Below, one piece after another: positions 19,786 through 33,296 of a stretch of DNA of 64,000 bases. Under the pieces are notes generated by a model that was not told the origin of the DNA, made no database searches, and saw only the letters and a program-made list of their open reading frames with translations. The position numbers and the translations under genes were made by a program. The first letter of the stretch is position 1. Each line of letters starts with the position of its first letter. The stretch is taken from assembly GCA_937958885.1 (NCBI GenBank), contig CALGMT010000015.1:4280-68279 (forward strand), read 5' to 3'. The stretch comes from an uncultured bacterium. Lineage in GTDB: Bacteria; Verrucomicrobiota; Kiritimatiellia; CAIVKH01.

Positions 19786-20938
19786 CGCGCGCAAACCCGC
19801 GCTTGCCCGCGCGCACAACCATCCCGGGCCGTATCGCCACCGGCGCGCGCGGGTCCGTCATGCGCTCGCCGTCAATCCTCACGGCGCCCTGCTCAATCAG
19901 ACGCCTGGCTTCACCGTTGCTGGCGGCAAGACCGCATCGCACGAGCAGCGCTGCAAGGGGAAGTTCAGGCTCGGCGATCGAAACGACGGGGATATCCGTC
20001 GGAATCTGGCTTTGCGAAAATACGCGCGAAAACTCAGCGGACGCAGCGGCGGCCGCTTCGGCCCCGTGGAACCGCGCGACTATCGCCTGCGCCAACCGGT
20101 CCTTCGCCGCGCGCGGATGCTCCGCGCGCACTTCGGTCAGCTGCTGATCGTCCGCACATACGATCAATTCATAGTACCGCCACATCAAATCATCGCTGAT
20201 CGACATGATCTTACCAAACATCTCCTGCGGAGCCTCCGCGACCCCGATGTAGTTATTCAGGCTCTTGCTCATCTTTTGAACGCCGTCCAGCCCTTCCAGC
20301 AGAGGAAGGGTCATGACGACCTGCGGCGGTTGGCCATGCAGCTTTTGAAGCTCGCGTCCGAGCAGCAAATTAAACAATTGGTCCGTGCCGCCGAGCTCCA
20401 CATCGGCCTTCACCATGACCGAGTCATACGCCTGGATCAGCGGATAGAGGAACTCCACCAACGAAATCGGCGCGTTCTCCGCATACCGCTTCGAAAAATC
20501 CTCGCGCGCCAGCATCTGGGCGACCGTGACATGCGCGGCCAGCCGCACGACCGCTTCGAACCCCATCGGCGCAAGCCACTCGGAGTTGAATCGCATTTCC
20601 GTGCAGCCGGGGTCGAGCACCTGAAACACTTGGCGCTGGTAGGTTTCGGCATTTGCGCGCACCTGCTCGCGCGAAAGCGGCTTGCGGGTTTGCGAGCGAC
20701 CTGACGGGTCGCCGATCATTGCGGTAAAATCGCCGATGATAAACACCACCGTATGACCGGCATCCTGAAACTCGCGCAGCTTGTTGAGACCGACGACATG
20801 CCCAAGATGCAGGTCCGGCGCCGATGGATCCGCACCGTATTTGATGCGCAACGGGCGACCCTCCCGCAACTTGGCCGAAAGCTCGTCCCGGGAAATCAGG
20901 TCCACGCAGCGCGCGGCCAACCTGTCAATCGCGTTCAT
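19778..20938 (-). CDS. tyrS: tyrosine--tRNA ligase
   Basis: ATG 20938 ([11 protein letters not shown]). HIGH-type [14 protein letters not shown], and a C-terminal S4 domain. Confidence 0.93.
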   Translation of the reverse strand: MNAIDRLAARCVDLISRDELSAKLREGRPLRIKYGADPSAPDLHLGHVVGLNKLREFQDAGHTVVFIIGDFTAMIGDPSGRSQTRKPLSREQVRANAETYQRQVFQVLDPGCTEMRFNSEWLAPMGFEAVVRLAAHVTVAQMLAREDFSKRYAENAPISLVEFLYPLIQAYDSVMVKADVELGGTDQLFNLLLGRELQKLHGQPPQVVMTLPLLEGLDGVQKMSKSLNNYIGVAEAPQEMFGKIMSISDDLMWRYYELIVCADDQQLTEVRAEHPRAAKDRLAQAIVARFHGAEAAAAASAEFSRVFSQSQIPTDIPVVSIAEPELPLAALLVRCGLAASNGEARRLIEQGAVRIDGERMTDPRAPVAIRPGMVVRAGKRGFARVN

Positions 20939-21042
20939 AAAACCATCTTGCCACAAGTGAAGAGACCATCGCAATCTCCTCAAAAGAAACAGCGCCGGCC
21001 CTTTCAGACCGACGCTGCTCTATCGTCAGACTAGCTAACCCT

Positions 21043-22788
21043 TCAATTCGATTCGGCATCCTTTTTCTTCTGGCCCGGATGCCACTCTTCCGTCTGAGTG
21101 GAACCGCCGAACGCCTCGTCAAACGCGCCCGCCAGATCGACCAAGTCTTCGCCCGGCCGCAGCCCTTCCAACATGGAGTCGTCCACCACGAACTGATCGT
21201 CCGGCAGCTTAGCGGCTTTAATGCTCAACCCGATCCGGCGTTCGACGCCATCGATTTTGATCACACGGGCCTCGACCTCCTGGCCGGGTTGCAGCGCATC
21301 CTTGACCTTCTGCACGCGCTCATCGCTGATCTGGCTGATGTGCACCAGGCCATCAATGCCCTCGTCGATTTCAACAAACGCGCCGAACGAGGCCAGTTTG
21401 GAGACCTTGCCCTTGACCAATTGGCCGACCTTGAATCGCTGCGAGATGCTGCTCCACGGATCGGTTTGGGCCTGCTTGAGGCCCAGGCTGATGCGCTGAT
21501 TCGCCGCATCCACCTCCAGCACCACCGCTTCGACCTCGTCGCCCTTCTTGAGCACCTCGGACGGATGGTTGATCTTGCGCGTCCACGACATATCGGACAC
21601 GTGGATCATGCCGTCGATCCCCGGCTCCAGCTCCACGAATGCCCCGTAGGAGGTGAAGTTCCGCACCGCGCCCCTTACGCGCGACCCGATGGCATACGTC
21701 TCCTGCGCCTTGCTCCACGGATTCGCTTCGGTCTGCCGGATGCCCAGCGATATCTTCTGTTCGTCGCGGTTGACATTGAGCACCACCGCATCGACTTCCT
21801 GTCCGACCGTGAGCGCATCCGCCGCTTTGGCCACTCGCTTGGTCCAGGAAATTTCCGAGACATGCACCATACCCTCGACCCCTTCCTCGATTTCGATGAA
21901 GGCGCCGTACGGCACGAGATTGACCACCTTGCCATGCACGCGCGTGCCGACCGGATATTTGCGCTCGATATCCTCCCACGGGTTCCGGGCAATCTGCTTG
22001 AGGCCGAGAGAAATGCGCTCCTTTTCGCGATCGACATCGAGGATCATGACATCGAGCTCCTGGCCGACCTTTACCACCTCGGAAGGGTGGTTGACGCGTC
22101 CCCAGCTCATATCGGTGATGTGCAGCAGTCCGTCCATGCCGTTGAGATCCACAAACGCCCCGAAATCCGTGATGTTTTTGACCACACCGTGGCGAACCTG
22201 GCCGACCTGGATCTCGTCCATCAACGTCTTCTTCTGCTCGCGCCGCTTTTCTTCAAGCAATTCGCGCCGAGAGACGACAATATTTCGGCGGTCGCGGTTG
22301 ATCTTGATGATTTTGAACTCCAACTCGCGGTCGTAGTAGTCCTCCGGATTGCGCACCGGCACGACGTCGAGCTGCGATCCGGGCAGGAAGGCATCCACGC
22401 CCACATCGACGATCAACCCGCCCTTGACGCGGCCCTTGACCGCGCCCTTGATGATCCCGCCCTCGACGTAATTGGCGAGCACGCGATCCCAGTTGCGCTG
22501 CTGCTCCGCCTTGCGCTTGCTGACCATGACCATGCCCTGGTCATCTTCCAGCTTTTCGAGCAGGACTTCGATCTGGTCGCCCGGCTTGACCTCATCCGGG
22601 GTTTTGAATTCCGAAATCGGCAGGATGCCTTCGGATTTATATCCGATGTCCACAAGGACTTCGGAGGGCCGCACGTCGAGCACGCGGCCGGTGACAATCG
22701 CGCCCTCGCTGAAATGGCGAAGGGTTTCTTCATAGAGCGCCGCCATGCCCGAAGGGGCGCCGGCGGGTTGTTTGGTTTTCTTGGCCAC
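21043..22788 (-). CDS. rpsA: 30S ribosomal protein S1
   Basis: GTG 22788 is preceded by AGGAGA (caggagaaaccaGTG). Six S1 repeats. The upstream 51 codons of the track ORF are not needed. Confidence 0.93.
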   Translation of the reverse strand: MAKKTKQPAGAPSGMAALYEETLRHFSEGAIVTGRVLDVRPSEVLVDIGYKSEGILPISEFKTPDEVKPGDQIEVLLEKLEDDQGMVMVSKRKAEQQRNWDRVLANYVEGGIIKGAVKGRVKGGLIVDVGVDAFLPGSQLDVVPVRNPEDYYDRELEFKIIKINRDRRNIVVSRRELLEEKRREQKKTLMDEIQVGQVRHGVVKNITDFGAFVDLNGMDGLLHITDMSWGRVNHPSEVVKVGQELDVMILDVDREKERISLGLKQIARNPWEDIERKYPVGTRVHGKVVNLVPYGAFIEIEEGVEGMVHVSEISWTKRVAKAADALTVGQEVDAVVLNVNRDEQKISLGIRQTEANPWSKAQETYAIGSRVRGAVRNFTSYGAFVELEPGIDGMIHVSDMSWTRKINHPSEVLKKGDEVEAVVLEVDAANQRISLGLKQAQTDPWSSISQRFKVGQLVKGKVSKLASFGAFVEIDEGIDGLVHISQISDERVQKVKDALQPGQEVEARVIKIDGVERRIGLSIKAAKLPDDQFVVDDSMLEGLRPGEDLVDLAGAFDEAFGGSTQTEEWHPGQKKKDAESN

Positions 22789-22882
22789 TGGTTTCTCCTG
22801 ACTGACTTGGCGCGCCCTCCACCCGGAGCGACGCGATTTCGCCGGACGCGCAACAGGCGCGGATCCCGGCGGAAAGGAGCGG

Positions 22883-22911
22883 ACTATAGATTGGCCCGCC
22901 TCCCCGCACAA
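22883..22911 (-). promoter_or_regulatory. candidate sigma70-type promoter of rpsA
   Basis: Minus strand reads TTGTGC, a 17-nt spacer, then TATAGT, about 95 nt upstream of the rpsA start. Confidence 0.35.
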
Positions 22912-22920
22912 GCGGGAATG

Positions 22921-22958
22921 ACAAAAAAGCCGCCCCGACAATGTCGGGGCGGCTTTCT
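22921..22958 (-). terminator. intrinsic terminator at the end of the rrn operon
   Basis: Perfect 11-bp GC-rich stem (GCCGCCCCGAC/GTCGGGGCGGC, 22929-22953) followed on the minus strand by TTTTTT. Confidence 0.8.
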
Positions 22959-22964
22959 AAATTA

Positions 22965-23081
22965 ACCCGGCAACGTGCTACTCTCCCGAAGACTACACTT
23001 CAGTACCATCGCCGCTGAGGGTCTTAACGGCCGTGTTCGGAATGGGAACGGGTGTTTCCCCCTCGCTATGGTCACCGGGAA
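22965..23081 (-). rRNA. rrf: 5S rRNA
   Basis: Minus strand reads TTCCCGGTGACCATAGCGAGGGGG...CCGAACACGG...GGGAGAGTAGCACGTTGCCGGG, with closing helix I. Ends are approximate. Confidence 0.9.
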
Positions 23082-23152
23082 ATCGGTGTCCCGCATCTGC
23101 GGGAAAAACATTGCATAGGATGGGTCCATACATTCATCGAAAAAGAGAAATA

Positions 23153-26108
<2,956 letters not shown>

Positions 26109-26301
26109 AACATTCATTGGTCGCCGACCGCGTCTTTTGCGAACGCGATCGGTTACGATCTTCTTCGGTGAAGATTGTATGTTCCCATCCTATGCAATTG
26201 TCAAAGAACCGCCCTCCGCCGGCCGCCATCGGCGACCCGCGTCGGGAAATCGGTTGAAGCAAGAGGGCGCCGCGTTCGGCGCTGCCGTCGACCGCGCCGG
26301 C

Positions 26302-26378
26302 TGGTGGGCGTGCCTGGATTCGAACCAGGGACCTCGTCCTTATCAGGGACGCGCTCTAACCAACTGAGCTACACGCCC
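26302..26378 (-). tRNA. tRNA-Ile (anticodon GAT)
   Basis: GGGCGTGTAGCTCAGTTGGTTAGAGC...CTGATAA...TTCGAATCC...CGCCCACCA. CCA is encoded. Confidence 0.95.
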
Positions 26379-26413
26379 ATCTGACCCTTGAACATCCGCG
26401 GCGAATGTTCACG

Positions 26414-26489
26414 TGGTGGAGGCAACCGGGTTCGAACCGGTGACCTTCTGCTTGCAAAGCAGACGCTCTACCAGCTGAGCTATGCCCCC
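26414..26489 (-). tRNA. tRNA-Ala (anticodon TGC)
   Basis: GGGGGCATAGCTCAGCTGGTAGAGC...TTTGCAA...TTCGAACCC...GCCTCCACCA. The G3:U70 identity pair is present and CCA is encoded. Confidence 0.95.
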
Positions 26490-26738
26490 GTGACCTCGGT
26501 CGCGGAGTCGCGCTCATCCGGCCACCCGGCTCGATCTCTCGCTTCGTCGGACTACTTGCTATGCGGAAAATGCTTCGGTGCAGAAATGGTGCGGCTTGTG
26601 CGGCCATACGGTGGCCGCGCGTTGCCGCGCGGCCGGCGACCTGTCCGAAAACAGGCCGTTATCCTCTCGTTGACAAGGCTCAGCCCAAGGATCCGGCATC
26701 GCTGCCTTCACGCTTTTGCTGCGGCCCTGTCGCGGATG

Positions 26739-28301
<1,563 letters not shown>

Positions 28302-28577
28302 AGGAAAGTTTTTTCGCTGCCCACCCTCTCGGATGCGCAGCGCGTCAATTCTGACAGGCTATCTCTCGATAACCCCGATCTTACTCAAACTGACGTATAA
28401 CCTCACACAAGCCACACCACTTCTAAACCGAAGCGGCATAGCAAGTATTCCATTTTCAAAGAGCTGATCAACGAGACGAAAATACTCAATCGCCCTCTTC
28501 TAAAGCTCGAAGCGGGCGCTTGAGCAACTGCACGTTGATAAAGACCATGAGGCTTTTCAACCTCAAGTTCTGGAATG

Positions 28578-28640
28578 AAGCTAGTGGATGCCCCGCATGG
28601 TGTCAACGGATTTTTGAAAAAAATTTCAAAAAATCTCGCG
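28578..28640 (-). promoter_or_regulatory. candidate rrn promoter (proximal) with A/T-rich UP-like element
   Basis: Minus strand: the A/T tract 28611-28634, then TTGACA (28601-28606), a 17-nt spacer, then TAGCTT (28578-28583). Lies about 270 nt upstream of mature 16S. Confidence 0.45.
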
Positions 28641-28646
28641 CGTACC

Positions 28647-28675
28647 AAAATATACTGCATCATACTCTATATCAA
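28647..28675 (-). promoter_or_regulatory. candidate rrn promoter (distal)
   Basis: Minus strand reads TTGATA (28670-28675), a 17-nt spacer, then TATTTT (28647-28652). Confidence 0.3.
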
Positions 28676-28744
28676 CGAGTTGAATAATACGACTTTCGTC
28701 ATCTCGCGCTTGTTTGTGCCAGTATTTTCTGCAACTGTCACCGC

Positions 28745-29464
28745 ATGAACTCCAATTCGCCTGAACTCATCGTTGCGCTGGATGTCGATTCCAGCCAAAA
28801 AATCGCGGAATTCCTCGATATTCTTCCCCCTTCTGTCGTTTGGTACAAGGTCGGCCTCGAGGTGTTCTGCGCCGAGGGACCCGACGCGATAAAGCCGATT
28901 TTGCGCCGAAATTCATCGGTTTTCCTCGACCTCAAGCTGCACGATATCCCGCGCACCATCGAGCGCGCCGTTCGCACAGCGGGCCGGCACGGCGTCCGCA
29001 TGCTCACCATCCACGCATCAGGCGGACGCGACATGATTCGCGCAGCAGCGGAAGCCGCGCATGAATTCGGCGAAAATCGTCCCAAAATCGTCGCTGTCAC
29101 AGCGCTGACCAGCCTTCAACAACGCGACCTCGCCGAGATCGGAATCGACCGCGCAATGCCCGACCACGTCCGCGCATTGACCGAACTGGCCGTCGAATCC
29201 GGCGCGGATGGCGTCGTTTGTTCTCCACTGGAAGTCAACGAGTTGCGAAACAAATTCGGCCGAGACGTTCTTCTTGTGGCTCCAGGCATCCGCGGCGCGG
29301 GCGATGCATTGGGCGACCAGAAACGCACGCTATCCGCAGCAGAGGCAGTCCGGGCGGGCGCCTCTCACCTCGTCGTGGGGCGCCCGATCTTGGGCGCGGC
29401 CGATCCGCGCGCTGCCGCGCAGCGAATCTTGAACGAGATTGCACAAGCCGCAGCATCGCCGTGA
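28745..29464 (+). CDS. pyrF: orotidine 5'-phosphate decarboxylase
   Basis: 239 aa. LIVALDV, FLDLKLHDIPRT and a C-terminal VVGRPI motif. Confidence 0.95.
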   Translation: MNSNSPELIVALDVDSSQKIAEFLDILPPSVVWYKVGLEVFCAEGPDAIKPILRRNSSVFLDLKLHDIPRTIERAVRTAGRHGVRMLTIHASGGRDMIRAAAEAAHEFGENRPKIVAVTALTSLQQRDLAEIGIDRAMPDHVRALTELAVESGADGVVCSPLEVNELRNKFGRDVLLVAPGIRGAGDALGDQKRTLSAAEAVRAGASHLVVGRPILGAADPRAAAQRILNEIAQAAASP

Positions 29465-29469
29465 CCGCT

Positions 29470-30120
29470 ATGCGCACAGCCATCCGCCACATCGTCTGGG
29501 ACTGGAACGGCACGCTGCTGGACGATACCGCGCTGTGCATTGACGTGATGAACGGCCTGCTGGCCGAGCGGAACATGCCGCCGCTTACCCTCGCGCGATA
29601 TCGCGAAATCTTCGATTTTCCCGTTCGTGAATATTATGTGCGGCTCGGATTCGACTTCGCGCGCGATCCGTTCGAGGTCATCGGGGCCGAATTTATCCGC
29701 CGCTACGAAGCGCGCCGAGGCGAGGCCCGCCTGCACGCGCACGCGCGTGAAACGCTCGCCGCGCTGCGCCACGGCGGCTACACGCAATCGGTCCTCTCCG
29801 CGTACAAACACGACACGCTCGAATCGCTGCTTGCCCAACATGACGTGCGCCATTTTTTCGACGACGTGCTCGGCAGCGACAACGTGTATGCGCACGGCAA
29901 GGTCGAGCAAGGCTGCGCATGGATCCGCGCGCGCGCCATCGATCCCGCGACCGTCCTGCTCATCGGCGACACGCGCCACGATTTTGAGGTCGCGCAAGCC
30001 ATGGCCTGCCGCTGCCTGCTCGTCGCCGACGGCTATCACCCGCGCGAAAAACTCGAGCCGCTGGGTGCGCCGGTCGTCGATTCGCTGCGCGAGGTCGCAC
30101 GCGTCGTCACAGCCTCGTAG
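29470..30120 (+). CDS. HAD family hydrolase (phosphoglycolate phosphatase-like)
   Basis: ATG 29470 (MRTAIRHIVWDWNGTLLDD); GTG 29461 overlapping the pyrF stop is an alternative. Motif IV is IGDTRHD. The 84 upstream codons of the track ORF overlap pyrF. Confidence 0.85.
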   Translation: MRTAIRHIVWDWNGTLLDDTALCIDVMNGLLAERNMPPLTLARYREIFDFPVREYYVRLGFDFARDPFEVIGAEFIRRYEARRGEARLHAHARETLAALRHGGYTQSVLSAYKHDTLESLLAQHDVRHFFDDVLGSDNVYAHGKVEQGCAWIRARAIDPATVLLIGDTRHDFEVAQAMACRCLLVADGYHPREKLEPLGAPVVDSLREVARVVTAS

Positions 30121-30281
30121 CACACACCGTTCACACCCCTCCGGGCCGGCGTCTTTGCAACGCGAAAATTATGCGCTCAACTCCTCGCACCACGTTCGCA
30201 GGACCAGTCGCCGGGCACTTCCACATACGATCCTAACAAAATATCTCGACTTTTCGACAGGATATCCGTAATCTGAATTCG

Positions 30282-32192
30282 ATGATGATTCACGTCAGCA
30301 CGTCAGCACGTCAGCACGTCAGCCTAGCCTGCCTCATCGCGGTCTTCGTTGCGTATAGTCGCCGCCTGCTCCTCAGCCTTTCGGTTTTGATCGGTTCGAC
30401 ATTCGCCGAGTCGGTGAATGACGTCCGCGAAGTTCAAATCGCCTTCTCCCCGCGCGGCGAGGCGGCGCCCCTCATTCTCCGCGAGCTGCAATCCGCCCAG
30501 CAGCGCGTGGATGTGGCCATGTTCTATTTCAGTCACGCCGTTCTGGCCGATACATTGTGCGTGCTGGCCCGGCGCGGGGTATCGGTCCGTGTGCTGACGG
30601 ACGGACGCATGAATCGGCCGGCTCATCGGCCGCTCCTCGATCGTATGGCGGCCTGCGGCGTCTCGGTGCAATTTCTCCCGCTACCCAACGATGCGCGTAT
30701 GCACCTGAAGTGCGCGGTCATTGATGAGGCAACCGTCATTACCGGCGCGGCGAATTGGTCCCCTGCTGCGTTCGATCAGAACTTCGAAGACACGCTCGTT
30801 ATTCGATCGCGCGAGCTCAGCCGCCACTACAGGGCAAAACTGAATGAGCTTGCCGCAAAGGCGGAAAACTTGCTTCTCGATTCAGCGAGCGTCGACCGGA
30901 CGCCGAGCCCCAAGTTTGCGGCAGCGCAACAGCAACCTCCACCTGCATCCGCAGCGGAGGCCCGGATTCCTCCGAAGATCGCCGTTCGAGACGTTCGGCA
31001 GGCCGCCGTGCACTTTTGCCCGGGACGCGAGGGCATCCGGCATGTGTTGGCGCAAGTCCGCGAGGCCGCGCAACGTATAGACATCGGGATTTATCTGATC
31101 AATGACACCGAGGTGGTCAATGCCTTGACGGATATGGCGCGCAGCGGGCGCGTAAAAGTAAGGCTGCTGGTGAATTCGGGAATGCTGGACGGGACCTTGT
31201 TGCCGCGCCTTCAGACATTGTGGGACGCAGGCGTCGAAGTGCTCTATTTCCAGGCAGATCGCCGCGCGCTGCACCTCAAGTCGGCCGTGATTGATGGCCG
31301 CTACGTCTGGACCGGCACCGCGAATTGGACGACCGGCGCGTTCGATCTAAATGTCGAGGATATGCTTTTCTTCGAGTCGTCGGATATGGCGCGGGCCTAT
31401 ACGGCCGCGCTCGACGGTATCGCCGGCGTGAGTCAATCGTTCGCGCCATTGTCGCTTGGCCATCGAGCGGCCGACGTGGAAGCGCGAGCGGATTACAGTC
31501 GATCCGGATGGCTTACGGGCCTGCCGCCCACGGGACCGCGCACGAATTGGACGTCCATCAATGTGTTCGGCGATCCGCCATTCCCCGCGTTCGAGACCCG
31601 CGCGACGGTGAGCTATCTGCCCGACGAGGAGTACTTCCCCGTCCTGCTCAACCTGGTCCAGAGCGCGCACCAATCCATTCTTATCACCATGTTTGCCATG
31701 CCCGAGACCAAGACCGCAGCGCCCTATCGGGAACAGTTGCTCCATGCATTGGAGCAAGCCGTAAAGCGGGGGGTTTATGTGCGCATGCTGCTGCACATGC
31801 CGACGAGTCTCCAGGACCGGCTTCATGAGGCCCATTCCAACTGGGCCGAAAAGCTGCGGGCGAAGGGGATAGACGTGCGGTTGAACCTGCCGCACATCCA
31901 TCTGCACGCCAAGACGGTGGTGGTGGATTTGGCCAAGATCCTGATCGGTTCGCACAACTGGTCGGAGGGCTCCCTTTCGAGCAGGGCCGTTTATGAATCC
32001 AGCGCGCTGATTGTGCTGCCCCGGCAGGACGTCCGCTTTGCCGATTATCTCTTCAGCCGCCAGGCCATCAGCGACATGCGCAGCCGTGAGCACTGGGAAC
32101 AAGAGCTCACGCTCCTGCGCCACGCAGGCGGCATGCACTCGAAACAACGCGCCGCCTTCTTCCGCGACAAGGAGGCGCCGGCAACTCCATGA
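30282..32192 (+). CDS. secreted/anchored phospholipase D (Nuc-like) family protein with three HKD modules
   Basis: Hydrophobic N-terminus (LACLIAVFVAYSRRLLLSLSVLIGSTFA). Three HxKx4D motifs: MHLKCAVIDEATVITGAANWS, LHLKSAVIDGRYVWTGTANWT and HLHAKTVVVDLAKILIGSHNWS. Confidence 0.85.
   Translation: MMIHVSTSARQHVSLACLIAVFVAYSRRLLLSLSVLIGSTFAESVNDVREVQIAFSPRGEAAPLILRELQSAQQRVDVAMFYFSHAVLADTLCVLARRGVSVRVLTDGRMNRPAHRPLLDRMAACGVSVQFLPLPNDARMHLKCAVIDEATVITGAANWSPAAFDQNFEDTLVIRSRELSRHYRAKLNELAAKAENLLLDSASVDRTPSPKFAAAQQQPPPASAAEARIPPKIAVRDVRQAAVHFCPGREGIRHVLAQVREAAQRIDIGIYLINDTEVVNALTDMARSGRVKVRLLVNSGMLDGTLLPRLQTLWDAGVEVLYFQADRRALHLKSAVIDGRYVWTGTANWTTGAFDLNVEDMLFFESSDMARAYTAALDGIAGVSQSFAPLSLGHRAADVEARADYSRSGWLTGLPPTGPRTNWTSINVFGDPPFPAFETRATVSYLPDEEYFPVLLNLVQSAHQSILITMFAMPETKTAAPYREQLLHALEQAVKRGVYVRMLLHMPTSLQDRLHEAHSNWAEKLRAKGIDVRLNLPHIHLHAKTVVVDLAKILIGSHNWSEGSLSSRAVYESSALIVLPRQDVRFADYLFSRQAISDMRSREHWEQELTLLRHAGGMHSKQRAAFFRDKEAPATP
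30291..30322 (+). repeat. octanucleotide tandem repeat (CACGTCAG)x4 inside the 5' end of the PLD-like gene
   Basis: Four perfect head-to-tail copies starting 9 nt after ATG 30282. They encode HVSTSARQHVS ahead of the signal peptide. Confidence 0.95.
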
Positions 32193-32460
32193 CAGGAACG
32201 CTTCCACATCCAAAGCCTGAAAAGGTGGACGCCGGCCTCCGGACGGCGTCTCCCAATGCCTGCCATGTGACGAGACTGCATATTGCCCTTGCCCTGCTTC
32301 TACTATTCCATCCGCCTCCAACTGATATCTATGCCGCGCTCGACCGCGTGTACCTGCGCGACGGGCGCGTCCTGGAGGGACGAATCGCCGGCGAGCGCAA
32401 GGTCAATACACCTTCGTCGCCGAATCGCATCTTCAGATCCCCAAGGCGGCGGTCATGTTC

Positions 32461-32545
32461 GGGCAAAATGGGGTCAGTCCGCGGGCAAAATGGGGTCAGT
32501 CCGCACATAGTTGCAAAACGCAAGCGGGAAATGGGGTCAGTCCGC
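32461..32545 (+). repeat. REP-like direct repeats (GGGCAAAATGGGGTCAGTCCGC x2 in tandem, plus a third copy)
   Basis: Units at 32461-32482, 32483-32504 and 32526-32545 (GGGAAATGGGGTCAGTCCGC). Confidence 0.85.
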
Positions 32546-33031
32546 AGCCGGAAACGATCTGCGGCGCGGATGGAACTGCGCGCTGGCGAGATTCTGGAGG
32601 GTACGCCGTCGGATGCGATGGAAGAGGAGTGGCGACGATTGTGCCGGGGCTGGTATCTGGGCGGAGAGACGTTCCGGGATCGGCTGATGGATCGGATCGA
32701 TCGTGTGGTTCGCGGGCGCCGGCGCGCTTCATATCGATCCGAAGGGATGCGAACACACGACGAACGCGAAGCCGTGCGCCTGTTGAAGGAGTCGTGCAAA
32801 GCCCTGGGAGTTGACCTCCCCGATTTACGGAAAAGACGACAGACAGACGAGGTCAAACAGGGGATCGCGTGGTATGTGAAGAGTCGGAGCACGATAGAAG
32901 ACGAATGGCTATGTCGGAAGCTGGTAATGGGATCGCGGACGAATATCTATCGAGCGGTCAGCCGGTATCGAATCGCCGAAACCTCCTCGATCCGCAACAT
33001 CCGAAAAAAGTTGGAACTATGTGCGGACTGA
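32546..33031 (+). pseudogene. C-terminal fragment of a RayT/IS200-like (REP-associated tyrosine) transposase
   Basis: WRRLCRGWYLGGETFRDRLMDRI...THDEREAVRLLKESCKALGVDLPDLRKRRQTDEVKQGIAWYVKSRSTIEDEWLCRKLVMGS matches, from memory, the C-terminal tail of the abundant PVC transposase family. No N-terminal Y1/HUH domain is present. Confidence 0.5.
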
Positions 33032-33035
33032 CCCC
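33017..33035 (-). repeat. inverted copy of the REP-like motif (CTATGTGCGGACTGACCCC)
   Basis: Perfect reverse complement of 32492-32510 (GGGGTCAGTCCGCACATAG). The pair brackets the transposase fragment. Confidence 0.85.
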
Positions 33036-33087
33036 TTTCTCTTTGCCTTTCTCTTTGACGACCCACGCCGACTCTACCAAGGCCCAC

Positions 33088-33168
33088 CTCAGTCACCACC
33101 CTCCCGGCATCGTCGATGATGCTGACGATTGAGTAGCGTATGTGGTAGCCAATACCGATGTAGTTCAT
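33088..33168 (-). pseudogene. N-terminal fragment of an IS110 family transposase
   Basis: MNYIGIGYHIRYSIVSIIDDAGRVVTE resembles the IS110 N-terminus (YxGIDxHK...S...V.D..G). The first catalytic Asp is replaced by Gly, and similarity ends after about 27 codons. Confidence 0.5.
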
Positions 33169-33296
33169 GGCGGTTACCTCTGAGTTCTGTGGCGGGCCCC
33201 TATGGCCGCGCCTTCAAAAGATGATGGGCATTATGCCGCATCTGCGGAGCTCTAACCGCCTTTCATGCTATCTGACCCTTTTCTCTGAAGAGGGCG

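Noticed and set aside
21079-22965. 628-aa ORF antisense to rpsA
   Set aside because: It is a mirror ORF of the S1 gene, which has unmistakable S1 repeats on the other strand. The same reasoning applies to 9000-10334 (anti-prfA), 12647-13645 and 13618-14901 (anti-UbiA/GT-C), 18598-19818 (anti-kinase), 33478-34656, 36930-38576, 41995-43296, 50905-51738, 53021-54103 and 61024-62403.
28403-28663. 86-aa minus-strand ORF upstream of 16S
   Set aside because: It falls in the AT-rich rrn leader and promoter region, with atypical codon usage. It is more plausibly non-coding leader.
30121-30281. att-type direct repeat of the tRNA-Ser 3' end marking the far island border
   Set aside because: I saw only an 8-nt match (ACCCCTCC), which is too short to be meaningful.
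32189-32545. N-terminal part of the 280-aa track ORF (MTGTLPHPK...), including MGSVR repeats
   Set aside because: The reading frame simply runs through the REP-like repeats into the transposase fragment. The first ~70 codons may be a stub of a disrupted small lipoprotein-like gene (a +1 frame continues as GQYTFVAESHLQIPKAAV), but I cannot support an intact gene.
32461-32545. Possible CRISPR array (repeated 20-22-nt units), also considered for 2732-2794 and 38559-38616
   Set aside because: There are only 2-3 units. They are either directly abutting or irregularly spaced, with no uniform spacers and no cas genes in the window.
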